In this document: positions 47,017-56,678 of the stretch, one piece after another | Numbering within the stretch: the stretch's first letter is position 1 | Layout: each line of letters opens with the position of its first letter | Assembly: GCA_012522575.1 (NCBI GenBank) | Contig: JAAYKE010000067.1 | Coordinates: 383 to 64,382, forward strand | Direction: 5' to 3' | DNA: 64,000 nt | Source of the DNA: Armatimonadota bacterium | Lineage (GTDB): Bacteria; Armatimonadota; UBA5829 | Position numbers and translations under genes: made by a program | The notes under the pieces: model-generated | What the model was told of the DNA's origin: nothing | The model's database searches: none | The model's input: the letters and a program-made list of their open reading frames with translations, nothing else

Positions 47017-47877
47017 TTACGGAAACAGTTCCAGCGGGTCGCTTGTTATTTTCCGAACAGTGCGCGCATCTATGCGCTCGATTCCGTCTTTGAGCCTTCC
47101 TTCGCAGAAATCCGCCCGGTTAAGCTCCAATACGACCTCCATAGGCATGGTAACTTTATACGGCTTAACTTTGCCAACCAGAGCCATCGACTTTCGTGCG
47201 GCTTCACGGATTCGCTTGCGCGCTTCGTCGCTGTCGATGCAATCCGCGCGATTTCTCCCAATGCCTCTTTTGACAATGGCGGTTTCCACGTGGTTAAAAA
47301 ACTGCCTCGCCTCGACACAAGCCGCCTCGTCTCCGCTCACCATAAGCATAGGCACATCGAAGTTGCCTGCTACCAGCGCCCACATGCCAAGCTCCCCGGT
47401 CTTGCGGCCATTGATGTAGTAGTTATACCAATGCAGGGACGACTGAGTATGATCGAGAAAACCATTGATAGTGCCCGCCATCGCGTGCGCGCCGATAAAA
47501 AACGTGCCGCAGTAGCTGTCGTCGAGCTTGCCCCACCATTTTTTATTGGTTTTGAGATCGTTATCCGCCCTTTTATCGAGCAGATCGAGCACAAAATTGC
47601 CGCCGCCGCCGTGGCTGTCCAGCACTGTTACGTGCGTAGCTCCGCCCTCAAAGGCGCCTTCTATGGCCGCATTGAGATCGCCCATCAGAAGCTCGCAGCA
47701 CTCGCGATACTGCTTGCTGTCTCGTTGGATCATTTCGAAGGAATCGATGCCGGTGATCCCTTCGAGATCGGTGTGAATGTAGATTTTCATGTCCTTTGGC
47801 TGCTCTTTCTGAGTAGTTGCGCAAAAGCCGCACATGGGAATGGCAAGGATGCAGAGTAAAGCAAATAATGATTTCAT
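47017..47877 (-). CDS. M55 family metallopeptidase (DppA-like) with an N-terminal signal peptide; tandem paralog of the previous gene
   Basis: ~75% identical core to 46228..47001 plus MKSLFALLCILAIPMCGFCATT signal peptide. Confidence 0.7.
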   Translation of the reverse strand: MKSLFALLCILAIPMCGFCATTQKEQPKDMKIYIHTDLEGITGIDSFEMIQRDSKQYRECCELLMGDLNAAIEGAFEGGATHVTVLDSHGGGGNFVLDLLDKRADNDLKTNKKWWGKLDDSYCGTFFIGAHAMAGTINGFLDHTQSSLHWYNYYINGRKTGELGMWALVAGNFDVPMLMVSGDEAACVEARQFFNHVETAIVKRGIGRNRADCIDSDEARKRIREAARKSMALVGKVKPYKVTMPMEVVLELNRADFCEGRLKDGIERIDARTVRKITSDPLELFP

Positions 47878-47967
47878 AGCGCAAACCCCGCTGCGATTAA
47901 TTGTTGCCGCTGCACATGGATGCGGTTATAGAAATGTTCGGATTTATCCTTCTGCAGTCGCATTACG

Positions 47968-48088
47968 TCGCCTTGACTCGATGTCCGAGGTCAGATGTCC
48001 GAAGTTCGATCCAGTATCACAACCCCATTCCCAACCTCCCAACCTCCAACTTCCAACCTCCAACCTCTAACCTAGATCGCCTTGACTC
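47968..48088. repeat. MITE-like repeat, copy C (inverted, truncated: heptamer array plus GGGAATGGGGTTGTGATACTGGATCGAACTTCGGACATCTGACCTCGGACATCG) flanked by the 12-bp direct repeats TCGCCTTGACTC
   Basis: Direct repeats at ~47968-47979 and ~48077-48088 bracket a ~97-bp insert, resembling a target-site duplication. Track ORFs 47834..48070+ and 47901..48104+ are artefacts. Confidence 0.7.
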
Positions 48089-48181
48089 TGGTAAACAAGC
48101 ATAATATACTGTTCTAAGAGCGTTCGAGCCTGGGTATACTTCCCCGTATGTCTCTTCCTTACAACCTTTCGGAGAAGGGGG

Positions 48182-51100
48182 TTGTACTACATGATAAGAA
48201 TCGGTTTTGATATAGGATCGGATTCGGTCAAGTCAATTGTCATATCCGAGAACGGTTCAATTGAACTCCTTGGCATCACTCCGATCAAAGGCCAGCCAAT
48301 CCTGCGCGTCAAGGAGATGCTGGAAAAGATTACCCCGCAGTATGGCGACAAGAGCGTCATTTGCGGAGCGACAGGAGCCGGAGCGTCCACCCTCAGAGAC
48401 CTGATCGGCACGGACTCCGTTCACGAGCCTAACGCACTGGCGACTTCCATTGACAAGCTCTATGGCGAAGTGCGCACCGTTATCGAGATGGGGCGCGAGT
48501 CTCAGAAATACCTCCTCTTCGAGCGCGATGCCGTGAGCGGCAGGCTGCTTGTGGAGGATTCTAACCTCGGTAATAAATGCGCCTCCGGGAGCGGTTCTTT
48601 TCTGGATCACATGGCGGTGCGATTGAACTACTCCGGCATTGAGGAGTTCGCGCAGGTTGCTCTCAACGTTCAGAACCCGGCAAGCCTTTCAGGCAGATGC
48701 GCCGTGTTTACCGAGTCGGATATAACCCATCTCTATCAAAAAGGAACCCCGCGCGACAGAATTGCGGCCGGAATCCACCAGGCCATCAGTCGCAACTACC
48801 GCTCGGCTATTGCTCGCGGCAAGGAGTTTCGGGACAAGATTATTTTCATCGGCGGCGTCTCTGAGAACCCGGCGGCTGTGCGTTTTTTGAGCGAGGAACT
48901 GGAGCTCGGCGCAAGGCTGTCTGTGCCGGAACACAATCGCACCCTCGGCGCAATCGGAGCCGCTATGCGGGCAGAGGTCCAAATCGACCTCCGCGACGCA
49001 ATAGACACCCTTGAAACACACCTCAAACAACCGCTGCAATATCCGGGATGCGATCCGATTGAGATTCATAACAGCATAACCAGCGAACACGACAGCGGGG
49101 ATACGCTATCCGATATTGATGTCCCGCTTGCCATTGACCGCGCCGCCCTTGGAGTCGATATCGGATCAGTGAGCACGAAAGCGGCTTTGGTTACTGAGAT
49201 CGACGGGGAGTTTGTCGTGCTGGCAAGCTACTACCGACGCACCGATGGCGACCCGCTGTCGGCTGTGCGCGATACGCTGGCGCACATCAAAGCCCGGATA
49301 GATGAACGCGGGCTGATTATAGGCAAAATTGCTGCTGCGACCACGGGAAGCGGACGATATCTGACGGCGGATTATATCGGAGCGGAGCTTGTCCGCAACG
49401 AAATCTCGGCACAGGCCAGCGGAGCGCAGGCATACTCGAAGGACGTGGACACGATCTTCGAGATAGGCGGACAGGACAGCAAATATATACGCCTCGACGG
49501 CGATGTAATTATAGACTTTGAGATGAACAAGGCCTGCGCCGCGGGAACCGGAGCATTTTTGGAAAAACAGGCGGACAGGCTGGGGATTGCTCTGGAGGAT
49601 TTCGGGGATGTGGCGCTGCAAAATACGCGCCCGCCGGATTTGGACTGGACCTGCACGGTCTTCAGCGAATCGGCGATGGTCTACTACCAGCAAAATAATG
49701 TCCCCATCGAGGACCTCGCTGCGGGCATCTGTCTGGCCAGCGTAAAAAACTACCTCAACAAAAATGTCGGCAGCCGTGAGATAGGCAAAAAGATCGCATT
49801 TCAGGGAGCGGTGGCATTCAACAAGGGCATGGTCGCCGCGTATGAGACGGTGCTCGGGCGCGAGGTCGCGGTCGCTCCGTATCCGCACATCACAGGAGCG
49901 GTTGGAGCAGCCCGTCTGGCCTACCTGGCAAACCCGGAGATCAGCACATTCAGAGGATTTGACGCCATCGCAGATGCCAAATATGAAATAAGCTCCTTTG
50001 AATGCAAGAGCTGCGCGAACCGCTGCGATGTGAACACATTCCAGATGGAAAACGGGCCTAAGTACTTCTACAATGATCGATGCGAGAAGTTCAGCGCGGT
50101 GCATAAGAAGAACCTTGGCGCGCACCTGCCGGACCTGTTTGCGGAACGCGAAGAGATGATGATGAACGCCTATCAGCCCAAAGACAATCGACCCGCAAAC
50201 GGCATAAGAATAGGCATACCGCGCGGGTTGATGTTCTCGGAGCTTTATCCCCTCTACCATGCGTTTTTTGGTGAACTCGGCTTCGAGGTCGTGCCCAGCG
50301 ACCCGACTAATAAACGAATAATAGGGATGGGTTTGGATGTCGCGATAGGGGAGCCGTGCTTCCCGTTCAAGGTTGCGCATGGGCACTATATGGATTTGAT
50401 CGATAAGGGCGTCGATGTCATCTTCGCGCCGCGCGTGATCTCCACCGAGCAGCCGAACTCTAATATGAGACAGGCGCAAACCTGCCCGTATCTGCAGGCT
50501 GCGCCGGATGTGATCGCATCGTGTGTTGGGGTCACCGAGAGGGGAATACGATATCTGTCCCCGACGCTGCACCTCAAGCGCGCCAGAAGACACCTGGAGA
50601 ACCTTTTTGTAGGCGTTGGCAGACAGTTTGGCATCAAAGCTCGGCGCTCGAAGGCCGCATTAGATGTCGGCCTGAGGACCTTAAGCGAGTTCCGCCGCAA
50701 AATTGATGAGCGCGGAGCTGAGGCTCTGCGTAATATGTCGCCGGATCAGATGGCCTTTGTGGTGATCGGCAGGCCATACACGCTGTGGGATCCCGCAGTT
50801 AATATGGACATAGGCAAAAAAATACAGGACCTCGGGATACTCGCAATCCCGCAGGACTTTCTGCCGCTGGAAAGCGTCGATATCACCGACTCCTGGCCGA
50901 ACGCATATTCCAGACAGATTCAGAAGAAGTTGATGGCGGCGAGGCTGATTCGGCAGGATTCTCGTCTGCGTGCGGTTGTGGTGACATATTTCGCGTGCGG
51001 GCCGGACTCGTTCGGCAATCCGTTCTTCAAAGATGAGATCGGCGAGCCGTGCTATGTGATGCAGATAGACGAACACACCGCCGATGCAGGAGTTATAACG

Positions 51101-52492
51101 CGCATAGAGGCGTTCGCGGATACTGCGGCAAAGGTGAGGGTCAAGGAGTCCGACCCCATCCGCACCAACGATGCCTCAATCACAAAACTTGGCGGCAGAC
51201 GGTTGTGGATACCGTATGCAAGCGAGGCTGCCAGAATGCTTGCGGCCTGTATTAGAGCTTATGGGATAGATGCCCAGGCGCTGCCGCGCTCCACTGATGC
51301 CGGACTCAACCTGGCAAGGCAGGCGATATCTGAGGACGTGTGCCTGCCGGCGTTGATGACGACCGAGGATATGCTAAAACGGGTGAATCACCCGGATTTC
51401 GACCCATCCAAAGAGGCGTTTTTCCAGGGCAATGCGGAAGGCCCGTGTCGATTTGGCATGTATAGCATGCTGCAGCGCAGGATTCTCGATAAACTCGACC
51501 ACAAAGACGTCGACATCGTTACGCTTGGCTCGAAAAGTGAGCACGGCGGGCTTGGGACGATGTTCGCACTGGTGGCGTGGGATGCGATCACGTGCCACGA
51601 CTTGCTTTTTAAGATGATGCTGCGCACACGGCCCTATGAGATCGAAAAGGGTATCAGCGAAGCGCTGTTCGAAAGCTATCTGCGCAAAGTCATCGATCTT
51701 ATCCCGGAACATAACCGCAAGGTGGAATCCAATAAACTGGCGGCCTTGATGAACACGAGACACCTCGACGAATACCGGGAGCTTCTGAGGAGAGCTGCGG
51801 AGGATTTCTCTACGATTCCTATGCGCAAGGAAACCAGACCGCTGGTGGGTGTTGTCGGGGAGTTTTATGTGAGGCTGCATGACGGCGCGAATCAGGACAT
51901 ACTGCGCAAACTGGAATCCGAAGGCGCGGAGACCTGGCTGGCCCCGATGACCGAGTTTTTCAGCTATTCGAACTATATAGGCAAGGTTCTTTCGAGTGAC
52001 AGGCTTCGCGATGAGGGATTTAGCGTAAAAGAACTCGGTGAATTTGCAGGCCACGCGATAAACGCCAGGCTGATCAACAAAGAAGAGCACGCACTGATTT
52101 CTGCGACTCTGCCCTTTATGGACGGCTATGACGATATTGGGTCCGAAGAGGTCGTTGACGAAGGCTCGAAGTATCTGAACTACAATTTCGGAGGCGAAGC
52201 CATCTGCAGTATGGGTAAAAGCGAGGATTTCGCCAAACGCGGGCTGGCCGGAATCGTGAGCGTGATTCCATTTAATTGCATGCCCGGCAACACGGTGAGC
52301 GCGCTCAGTCAGGTGCTGCGCCGACGCCACGGCAATATTCCATTTTTGAACCTGGACTACGACGGCTTCATCGACGCCAGCCGCGAAGCAAAAATAGTCA
52401 GCTTTATGTGGCAGGTGAAGGAACGACACGCGGGACGACAAATAGCGCAGGCCGAACGCAAAAAAGAGGATGCCGAAACCGGAGTAAGATGA
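48182..52492 (+). CDS. Giant fusion protein: two BadF/BadG/BcrA/BcrD-type (HgdC-like) activase ATPase domains plus a 2-hydroxyacyl-CoA-dehydratase-like (DUF2229) C-terminal region
   Basis: 1436 aa. Two actin-fold ATPase units (IGFDIGSDSVKSIV... and LGVDIGSVSTKAALV...) are followed by the Cys cluster CKSCANRCDVNTF...CEKF and a long dehydratase-like domain. Confidence 0.7.
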   Translation: MYYMIRIGFDIGSDSVKSIVISENGSIELLGITPIKGQPILRVKEMLEKITPQYGDKSVICGATGAGASTLRDLIGTDSVHEPNALATSIDKLYGEVRTVIEMGRESQKYLLFERDAVSGRLLVEDSNLGNKCASGSGSFLDHMAVRLNYSGIEEFAQVALNVQNPASLSGRCAVFTESDITHLYQKGTPRDRIAAGIHQAISRNYRSAIARGKEFRDKIIFIGGVSENPAAVRFLSEELELGARLSVPEHNRTLGAIGAAMRAEVQIDLRDAIDTLETHLKQPLQYPGCDPIEIHNSITSEHDSGDTLSDIDVPLAIDRAALGVDIGSVSTKAALVTEIDGEFVVLASYYRRTDGDPLSAVRDTLAHIKARIDERGLIIGKIAAATTGSGRYLTADYIGAELVRNEISAQASGAQAYSKDVDTIFEIGGQDSKYIRLDGDVIIDFEMNKACAAGTGAFLEKQADRLGIALEDFGDVALQNTRPPDLDWTCTVFSESAMVYYQQNNVPIEDLAAGICLASVKNYLNKNVGSREIGKKIAFQGAVAFNKGMVAAYETVLGREVAVAPYPHITGAVGAARLAYLANPEISTFRGFDAIADAKYEISSFECKSCANRCDVNTFQMENGPKYFYNDRCEKFSAVHKKNLGAHLPDLFAEREEMMMNAYQPKDNRPANGIRIGIPRGLMFSELYPLYHAFFGELGFEVVPSDPTNKRIIGMGLDVAIGEPCFPFKVAHGHYMDLIDKGVDVIFAPRVISTEQPNSNMRQAQTCPYLQAAPDVIASCVGVTERGIRYLSPTLHLKRARRHLENLFVGVGRQFGIKARRSKAALDVGLRTLSEFRRKIDERGAEALRNMSPDQMAFVVIGRPYTLWDPAVNMDIGKKIQDLGILAIPQDFLPLESVDITDSWPNAYSRQIQKKLMAARLIRQDSRLRAVVVTYFACGPDSFGNPFFKDEIGEPCYVMQIDEHTADAGVITRIEAFADTAAKVRVKESDPIRTNDASITKLGGRRLWIPYASEAARMLAACIRAYGIDAQALPRSTDAGLNLARQAISEDVCLPALMTTEDMLKRVNHPDFDPSKEAFFQGNAEGPCRFGMYSMLQRRILDKLDHKDVDIVTLGSKSEHGGLGTMFALVAWDAITCHDLLFKMMLRTRPYEIEKGISEALFESYLRKVIDLIPEHNRKVESNKLAALMNTRHLDEYRELLRRAAEDFSTIPMRKETRPLVGVVGEFYVRLHDGANQDILRKLESEGAETWLAPMTEFFSYSNYIGKVLSSDRLRDEGFSVKELGEFAGHAINARLINKEEHALISATLPFMDGYDDIGSEEVVDEGSKYLNYNFGGEAICSMGKSEDFAKRGLAGIVSVIPFNCMPGNTVSALSQVLRRRHGNIPFLNLDYDGFIDASREAKIVSFMWQVKERHAGRQIAQAERKKEDAETGVR

Positions 52493-52518
52493 GGGGTAAA
52501 CAGGCGAAACATCTCGGA

Positions 52519-53664
52519 TCAAACGACGTCTTCTTCATCCGGTTGAACATCTTCTGCTGCACGACGCAAAGCCAGAAAGGCGAGCTTCAGCGAATGACCG
52601 ACTCCGCTGTCTGTTTCTGACAGGACCAATTTCTGATACTCATCAAGAAATGTTGTGCGTAAACGGTGGAACAAGTGCAGAAAATGGCGGAGAAAACCAA
52701 GGCAGTCTATAATAGAAAATTCGATGCCGCCCGTACGCTGATATAAACCAGCGGCATATTCATGCACCTTGTCTTCGGTTTTGTCGGTTGTGATAAATAC
52801 GTAGTTGTCTATGCGATATGGCCAGCGGAGCGTCTTGTTCAAAGCTGTGTCAACGTCTTCTTGCGTCACAGACTTCTGTTTCATTTCATAAGAGGTTACT
52901 ACTTTGCCGCTGTCATCGCGAAGAGTAATGCTGACATCTCCAAGGCTTAGAGTTTGTTTATCGGCGGCATTATGAGCAGTCATAGGCAATATTTGTTGCT
53001 CAAGATTATCAACTGCGGCGTTATAACAAGCAGCTATGATTAGAACAGGCAGGCGGCTGGACCACTGGCATTTCAAATGTTGTTCAATCAGTTGGACTAT
53101 TGCTCCAGCCGACAACGGCAACGCATCGCCATCCGGCTTAAATAAGTTAAGCGCCGCATTCAATTCTTCTTCGCGCTCGTTCTTATATACAATCAAACAC
53201 CTTATGGCTTCAGAGAGCAAGTCATCTGCCGCAATGGTTCCATTTTGCACGTGGTCGAGCAGTTGAATTACAGCTTCATACAACTCCATTGGTTTGCCCA
53301 GCAATGCTGTGCCAGAAAGCAACGGGATATTAATATTACGCAGACAAGGGGTCAAAAAAGCAGTTGAAGGATTGCATGGAAGCTTCTTTTCGTGTATGAA
53401 CGGGCCGATATATGTCTCATCGTACATCCGCCCCGAATAACAATCCGGGCTGCCGATTTCGGTATAAGGTTTACGTATATCAGTGTCAGGACGATCAATT
53501 TTAGCCAGCAGACAAGCAATTAATAACCGAATACCTGCACGCGTACGACACCGACTTACATATAATACGGACGATGTGATCGATTTGTCGCTAATTATGG
53601 AAGCAGAACCGGATGCTCTGGCTCTTTCGAATGCGATCTCAAGGATTTGTCTTGGTTCTGGCAT
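52519..53664 (-). CDS. Putative type II restriction endonuclease (PD-(D/E)xK-like) partnered with the adjacent Dam-type methylase
   Basis: 381 aa with candidate LGDVS...SYEMKQK catalytic D...ExK. It overlaps the 3' end of the methylase gene, and the local GC is lower. Confidence 0.5.
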   Translation of the reverse strand: MPEPRQILEIAFERARASGSASIISDKSITSSVLYVSRCRTRAGIRLLIACLLAKIDRPDTDIRKPYTEIGSPDCYSGRMYDETYIGPFIHEKKLPCNPSTAFLTPCLRNINIPLLSGTALLGKPMELYEAVIQLLDHVQNGTIAADDLLSEAIRCLIVYKNEREEELNAALNLFKPDGDALPLSAGAIVQLIEQHLKCQWSSRLPVLIIAACYNAAVDNLEQQILPMTAHNAADKQTLSLGDVSITLRDDSGKVVTSYEMKQKSVTQEDVDTALNKTLRWPYRIDNYVFITTDKTEDKVHEYAAGLYQRTGGIEFSIIDCLGFLRHFLHLFHRLRTTFLDEYQKLVLSETDSGVGHSLKLAFLALRRAAEDVQPDEEDVV

Positions 53665-54491
53665 TTCACCGTTCCGTTGTTAAGTGATTGAAAGTCATAA
53701 TTGACCCAAAGAACTTCCTGGCGAGGCGTTTTGACGGAATGGCAAAGCTTAAGCGGACCATCAATATGAGACCAACTTGAATACAATTCATCCATTAATT
53801 CGCAATGATAGCCGGACAAAGCTACTTTCCCCTGAGCGCTATGCAAGACCTCCGCAAGCGTACGATGCTCTTCGTCGGTCATTTCATATCCGTAAGCATT
53901 GCAGTCTCCACGCGCACTGTGCGGATACGGAGGATCGCAATAAAACAGAGTGTCTTTTGTATCGTAACGACCTATCACTTCAATAGCCGGCGCGTTCTCT
54001 ATCTGCACGCGCTGTATTCGTTGCACTATATAGGGTAAATCCTCTATTGAGCCCAGCCATCTGGACACAGCCCCGGCCATACCGGCTCGGCTTGTCAGTG
54101 TACAGTGCGCCCATCTCCCGCTAGTGGCCTTTTGAGCCAATCCCGTACGCACTTGGCGAGCTTTAACGTAGAAGCGACGCGCTCTCTCTAATGAAGACAA
54201 GTCATTTTGAGGCTCGGAAATCGCGCGTTGAAACTCTTCTCGTGAAAAAGGAGTCAAAGCAATAGCCTCAATCAAGGCATCCTTTTCATCTCTTAAGACA
54301 CGAAAAAAGTTGACGACATCGCCATCCAAATCGTTGTATGTTTCCACTTCGGACGGTGGTTTATTGATGAGAAGCGCAGCGGAGCCACCGAAGGGTTCAC
54401 AGTAGTGCTTCGTTCTGGGCAACAACGGAAGAAGCCATTCAGCGTGGCTAAACTTGCCGCCATACCATCCGAAAGCAATCAACTTTCCCAC
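53595..54491 (-). CDS. DNA adenine methyltransferase (D12 class / Dam family, N6-Mtase)
   Basis: FGGSAALL AdoMet motif I and DPPY motif IV (YCDPPYPHS). Confidence 0.85.
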   Translation of the reverse strand: MGKLIAFGWYGGKFSHAEWLLPLLPRTKHYCEPFGGSAALLINKPPSEVETYNDLDGDVVNFFRVLRDEKDALIEAIALTPFSREEFQRAISEPQNDLSSLERARRFYVKARQVRTGLAQKATSGRWAHCTLTSRAGMAGAVSRWLGSIEDLPYIVQRIQRVQIENAPAIEVIGRYDTKDTLFYCDPPYPHSARGDCNAYGYEMTDEEHRTLAEVLHSAQGKVALSGYHCELMDELYSSWSHIDGPLKLCHSVKTPRQEVLWVNYDFQSLNNGTVKCQNQDKSLRSHSKEPEHPVLLP

Positions 54492-54594
54492 AAATTACCT
54501 CCACCGGACAAATAATACCATTGATAGCTTGCCTAGTAAAGCGGAGGGCGTCTCATTTTCGTAAACGCCCTCCTATCGGCGAAGGTTACGCCTA

Positions 54595-54780
54595 CTACTC
54601 AATCACAATCGACTCTGTCGGACAGGATTCGCAGGCCTCTTTGACTTTATCTTCCAGCCATGCCGGCACAACTTCGACCTTCACAATCGCAATACCCTCG
54701 TCGGGCATTTCAAACACTTCCGGACAAATCTCAGCACACAAACCGCATGAAATGCAGTCGTCGTTAATTGTAACTTTCAT
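54595..54780 (-). CDS. 4Fe-4S single-cluster ferredoxin
   Basis: 61 aa with CISCGLCAEICP...ESCP cysteine pattern. Confidence 0.85.
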   Translation of the reverse strand: MKVTINDDCISCGLCAEICPEVFEMPDEGIAIVKVEVVPAWLEDKVKEACESCPTESIVIE

Positions 54781-54979
54781 CGTCGTTGCTCCTTATGCAA
54801 ATATGAAAGCGCCTGCTGTAGCAAGGCTCTGAATTTATCATATCACGCTTCGGATGCAGAAGAAAGCAGGCGCTCCAAGATCGGCTTCCGCAGGTCTCAG
54901 TTCATCCTCTGTTTGACCAACCCTGCTCGAAAACGTTATGATATTGTCGGCATTATAAGCAGATGGGAGGTGAGGTCGG

Positions 54980-56035
54980 ATGGCGAGCGATGATTTCAAG
55001 TTGACATCGTTGTCGCATGGAGCCGGTTGAGCCTGCAAGTTGAGCCCACAAGCTCTTGCGCAGGTTCTGCGTCAAATGCCCTTAATAACTGATCCTAACG
55101 TACTCGTCGGCCTGTCGACATCGGACGACGCCGCCGTATATCGCATATCTGACGATGTCGCGGTGGCTCTCACTGTGGACTTTTTTACTCCGGTAGTGGA
55201 CGACGCCTATGAGTTCGGCAGGATAGCGGTCACAAACGCCCTCTCTGACATCTACGCGATGGGCGCAAGGCCCGTGCTCGCCTTGAATCTGGTCGCCTAT
55301 CCATCACGCACCCGCCCTCTCGATACCCTTGCGGAAATACTGCGAGGCGGAGCGGATCAGGCCACGGCGGCGGGTGTGAGCATAGTCGGAGGCCATTCCA
55401 TAGACGACCCTGAGCCAAAATATGGGTTGTGCGTTTTGGGAATAGCGAACCCGGCATCTATTGTCACAAATTCAGGAGCAAGTATCGGGGATCGGCTGAT
55501 TCTGACCAAACCCATAGGAACGGGCATCATAACCACAGCCATAAAACACGATACCGCACCTGCCCGGGTCGCTCAATCAGCGATTCGAGTTATGACCACG
55601 CTCAACGGCCCTGCCTCGGAAGCTGCTCTCAAGACAGGGATAAATGCCTGCACGGATGTCACCGGATTTGGCCTGTTGGGACACTTGCACGAGATGACAT
55701 CGGCCAGCGGAGTCGGCGCAATTATACGTATGCGCGATGTGCCGTTGATCGACGGAGTCAGACAACTGCTGGACCTCGACGAAGCTCCCGGCGGAACCTA
55801 CACTAACCGCGACCATCTGAACGAGGAAGATGCGGTGACGTGGAGTGAAGGCGTATCCGAGGAAGATCAACTCGCGTTGTGCGACGCTCAGACCTCGGGC
55901 GGACTGCTGATCAGCGTATCCGCAGACAAATCCGAGCCTCTGCGACGCGCGTTGATTGACGCGGGAGCGCTTTGCGCATCGGAAATCGGCGAAATAATCG
56001 ACGACAAGTCCGGCAAAATCCAAGTCACGCCCTAA
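54980..56035 (+). CDS. selD: Selenide, water dikinase (selenophosphate synthetase) with in-frame TGA selenocysteine at 55028-55030
   Basis: The track ORF starts at 55040 (TTG) but the frame is open upstream: ATG(54980) MASDDFKLTSLSHGAG-TGA-ACKLSPQAL..., matching E. coli SelD LTQYSHGAGCGCKISPKVL with Sec at the Cys17 position. A hairpin CCUGCAAG...CUUGCGCAGG starts 2 nt after the TGA (SECIS-like). GGGAGGTGAGG RBS. Confidence 0.85.
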
Positions 56036-56128
56036 CCCGCATACATATAACACCGCAGGACTATCCGACCGCAGTTCACAGCAATTTCTTGCCTGTCGAC
56101 AAGCTCCATTATGGTATAATCTAGCATC

Positions 56129-56596
56129 GTGAGCAATGAACAAAAACACAAAAATATCTCGATTACCAACCGCAAAGCGCGGCATGAGTATCATATTGGG
56201 GAAACTTTCGAGGCAGGGCTTGTGCTGGTCGGAACCGAGGTCAAATCGATCAGAGCGGGACAGGCCAGCATAACGGAGGCTTACTGCAAGATGGAGAACG
56301 GGGAGATATTCATCTACGGCATGCACGTGGCTCCATTTGAGCAGGGCAATCGGTTCAATGTCGATCCGCTGCGCCCTCGCAAACTGCTGCTGCGCAGAGG
56401 TGAAATCAACCGCATCAGCCGCCAACTCGCAGAAAAAGGCCTGACACTCATCCCTCTGAAGGTATTCTTCAGCCGCGGTTATGCCAAAATGAATATAGGA
56501 TTGGCGCGCGGCAAGAAGCTATGGGATAAGAGGGAGTCCATCACTCAGAGGGATACCGAGCGCGAACGGCTGCGGCAGGAATCCGAACGATACTAA
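56129..56596 (+). CDS. smpB: SsrA-binding protein SmpB
   Basis: 155 aa with typical SmpB N-terminal KNRKARHEY..ETFEAG and a C-terminal basic tail. Extended -10 (TGGTATAAT) ~15 nt upstream. No ssrA is visible nearby. Manual coordinates here may be off by ~10 nt relative to the track. Confidence 0.9.
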   Translation: MSNEQKHKNISITNRKARHEYHIGETFEAGLVLVGTEVKSIRAGQASITEAYCKMENGEIFIYGMHVAPFEQGNRFNVDPLRPRKLLLRRGEINRISRQLAEKGLTLIPLKVFFSRGYAKMNIGLARGKKLWDKRESITQRDTERERLRQESERY

Positions 56597-56678
56597 CGTC
56601 ATTTTCGATGTGCGGGAAATCTGCTTATAATCGCAATAAGAACAGGCCGAAGCGGGTCTGCAATGGAGAGATCAATTT

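Noticed and set aside
46336-47859. 507-aa plus-strand ORF spanning both M55 peptidase genes
   Set aside because: It is antisense to two well-supported DppA-like genes. The duplicated region makes a long stop-free antisense frame, and there is no family similarity.
56036-56128. ssrA (tmRNA) adjacent to smpB
   Set aside because: Neither flank shows the tRNA-like ends or an ANDENYALAA-type tag reading frame. Only a promoter-like extended -10 is present.
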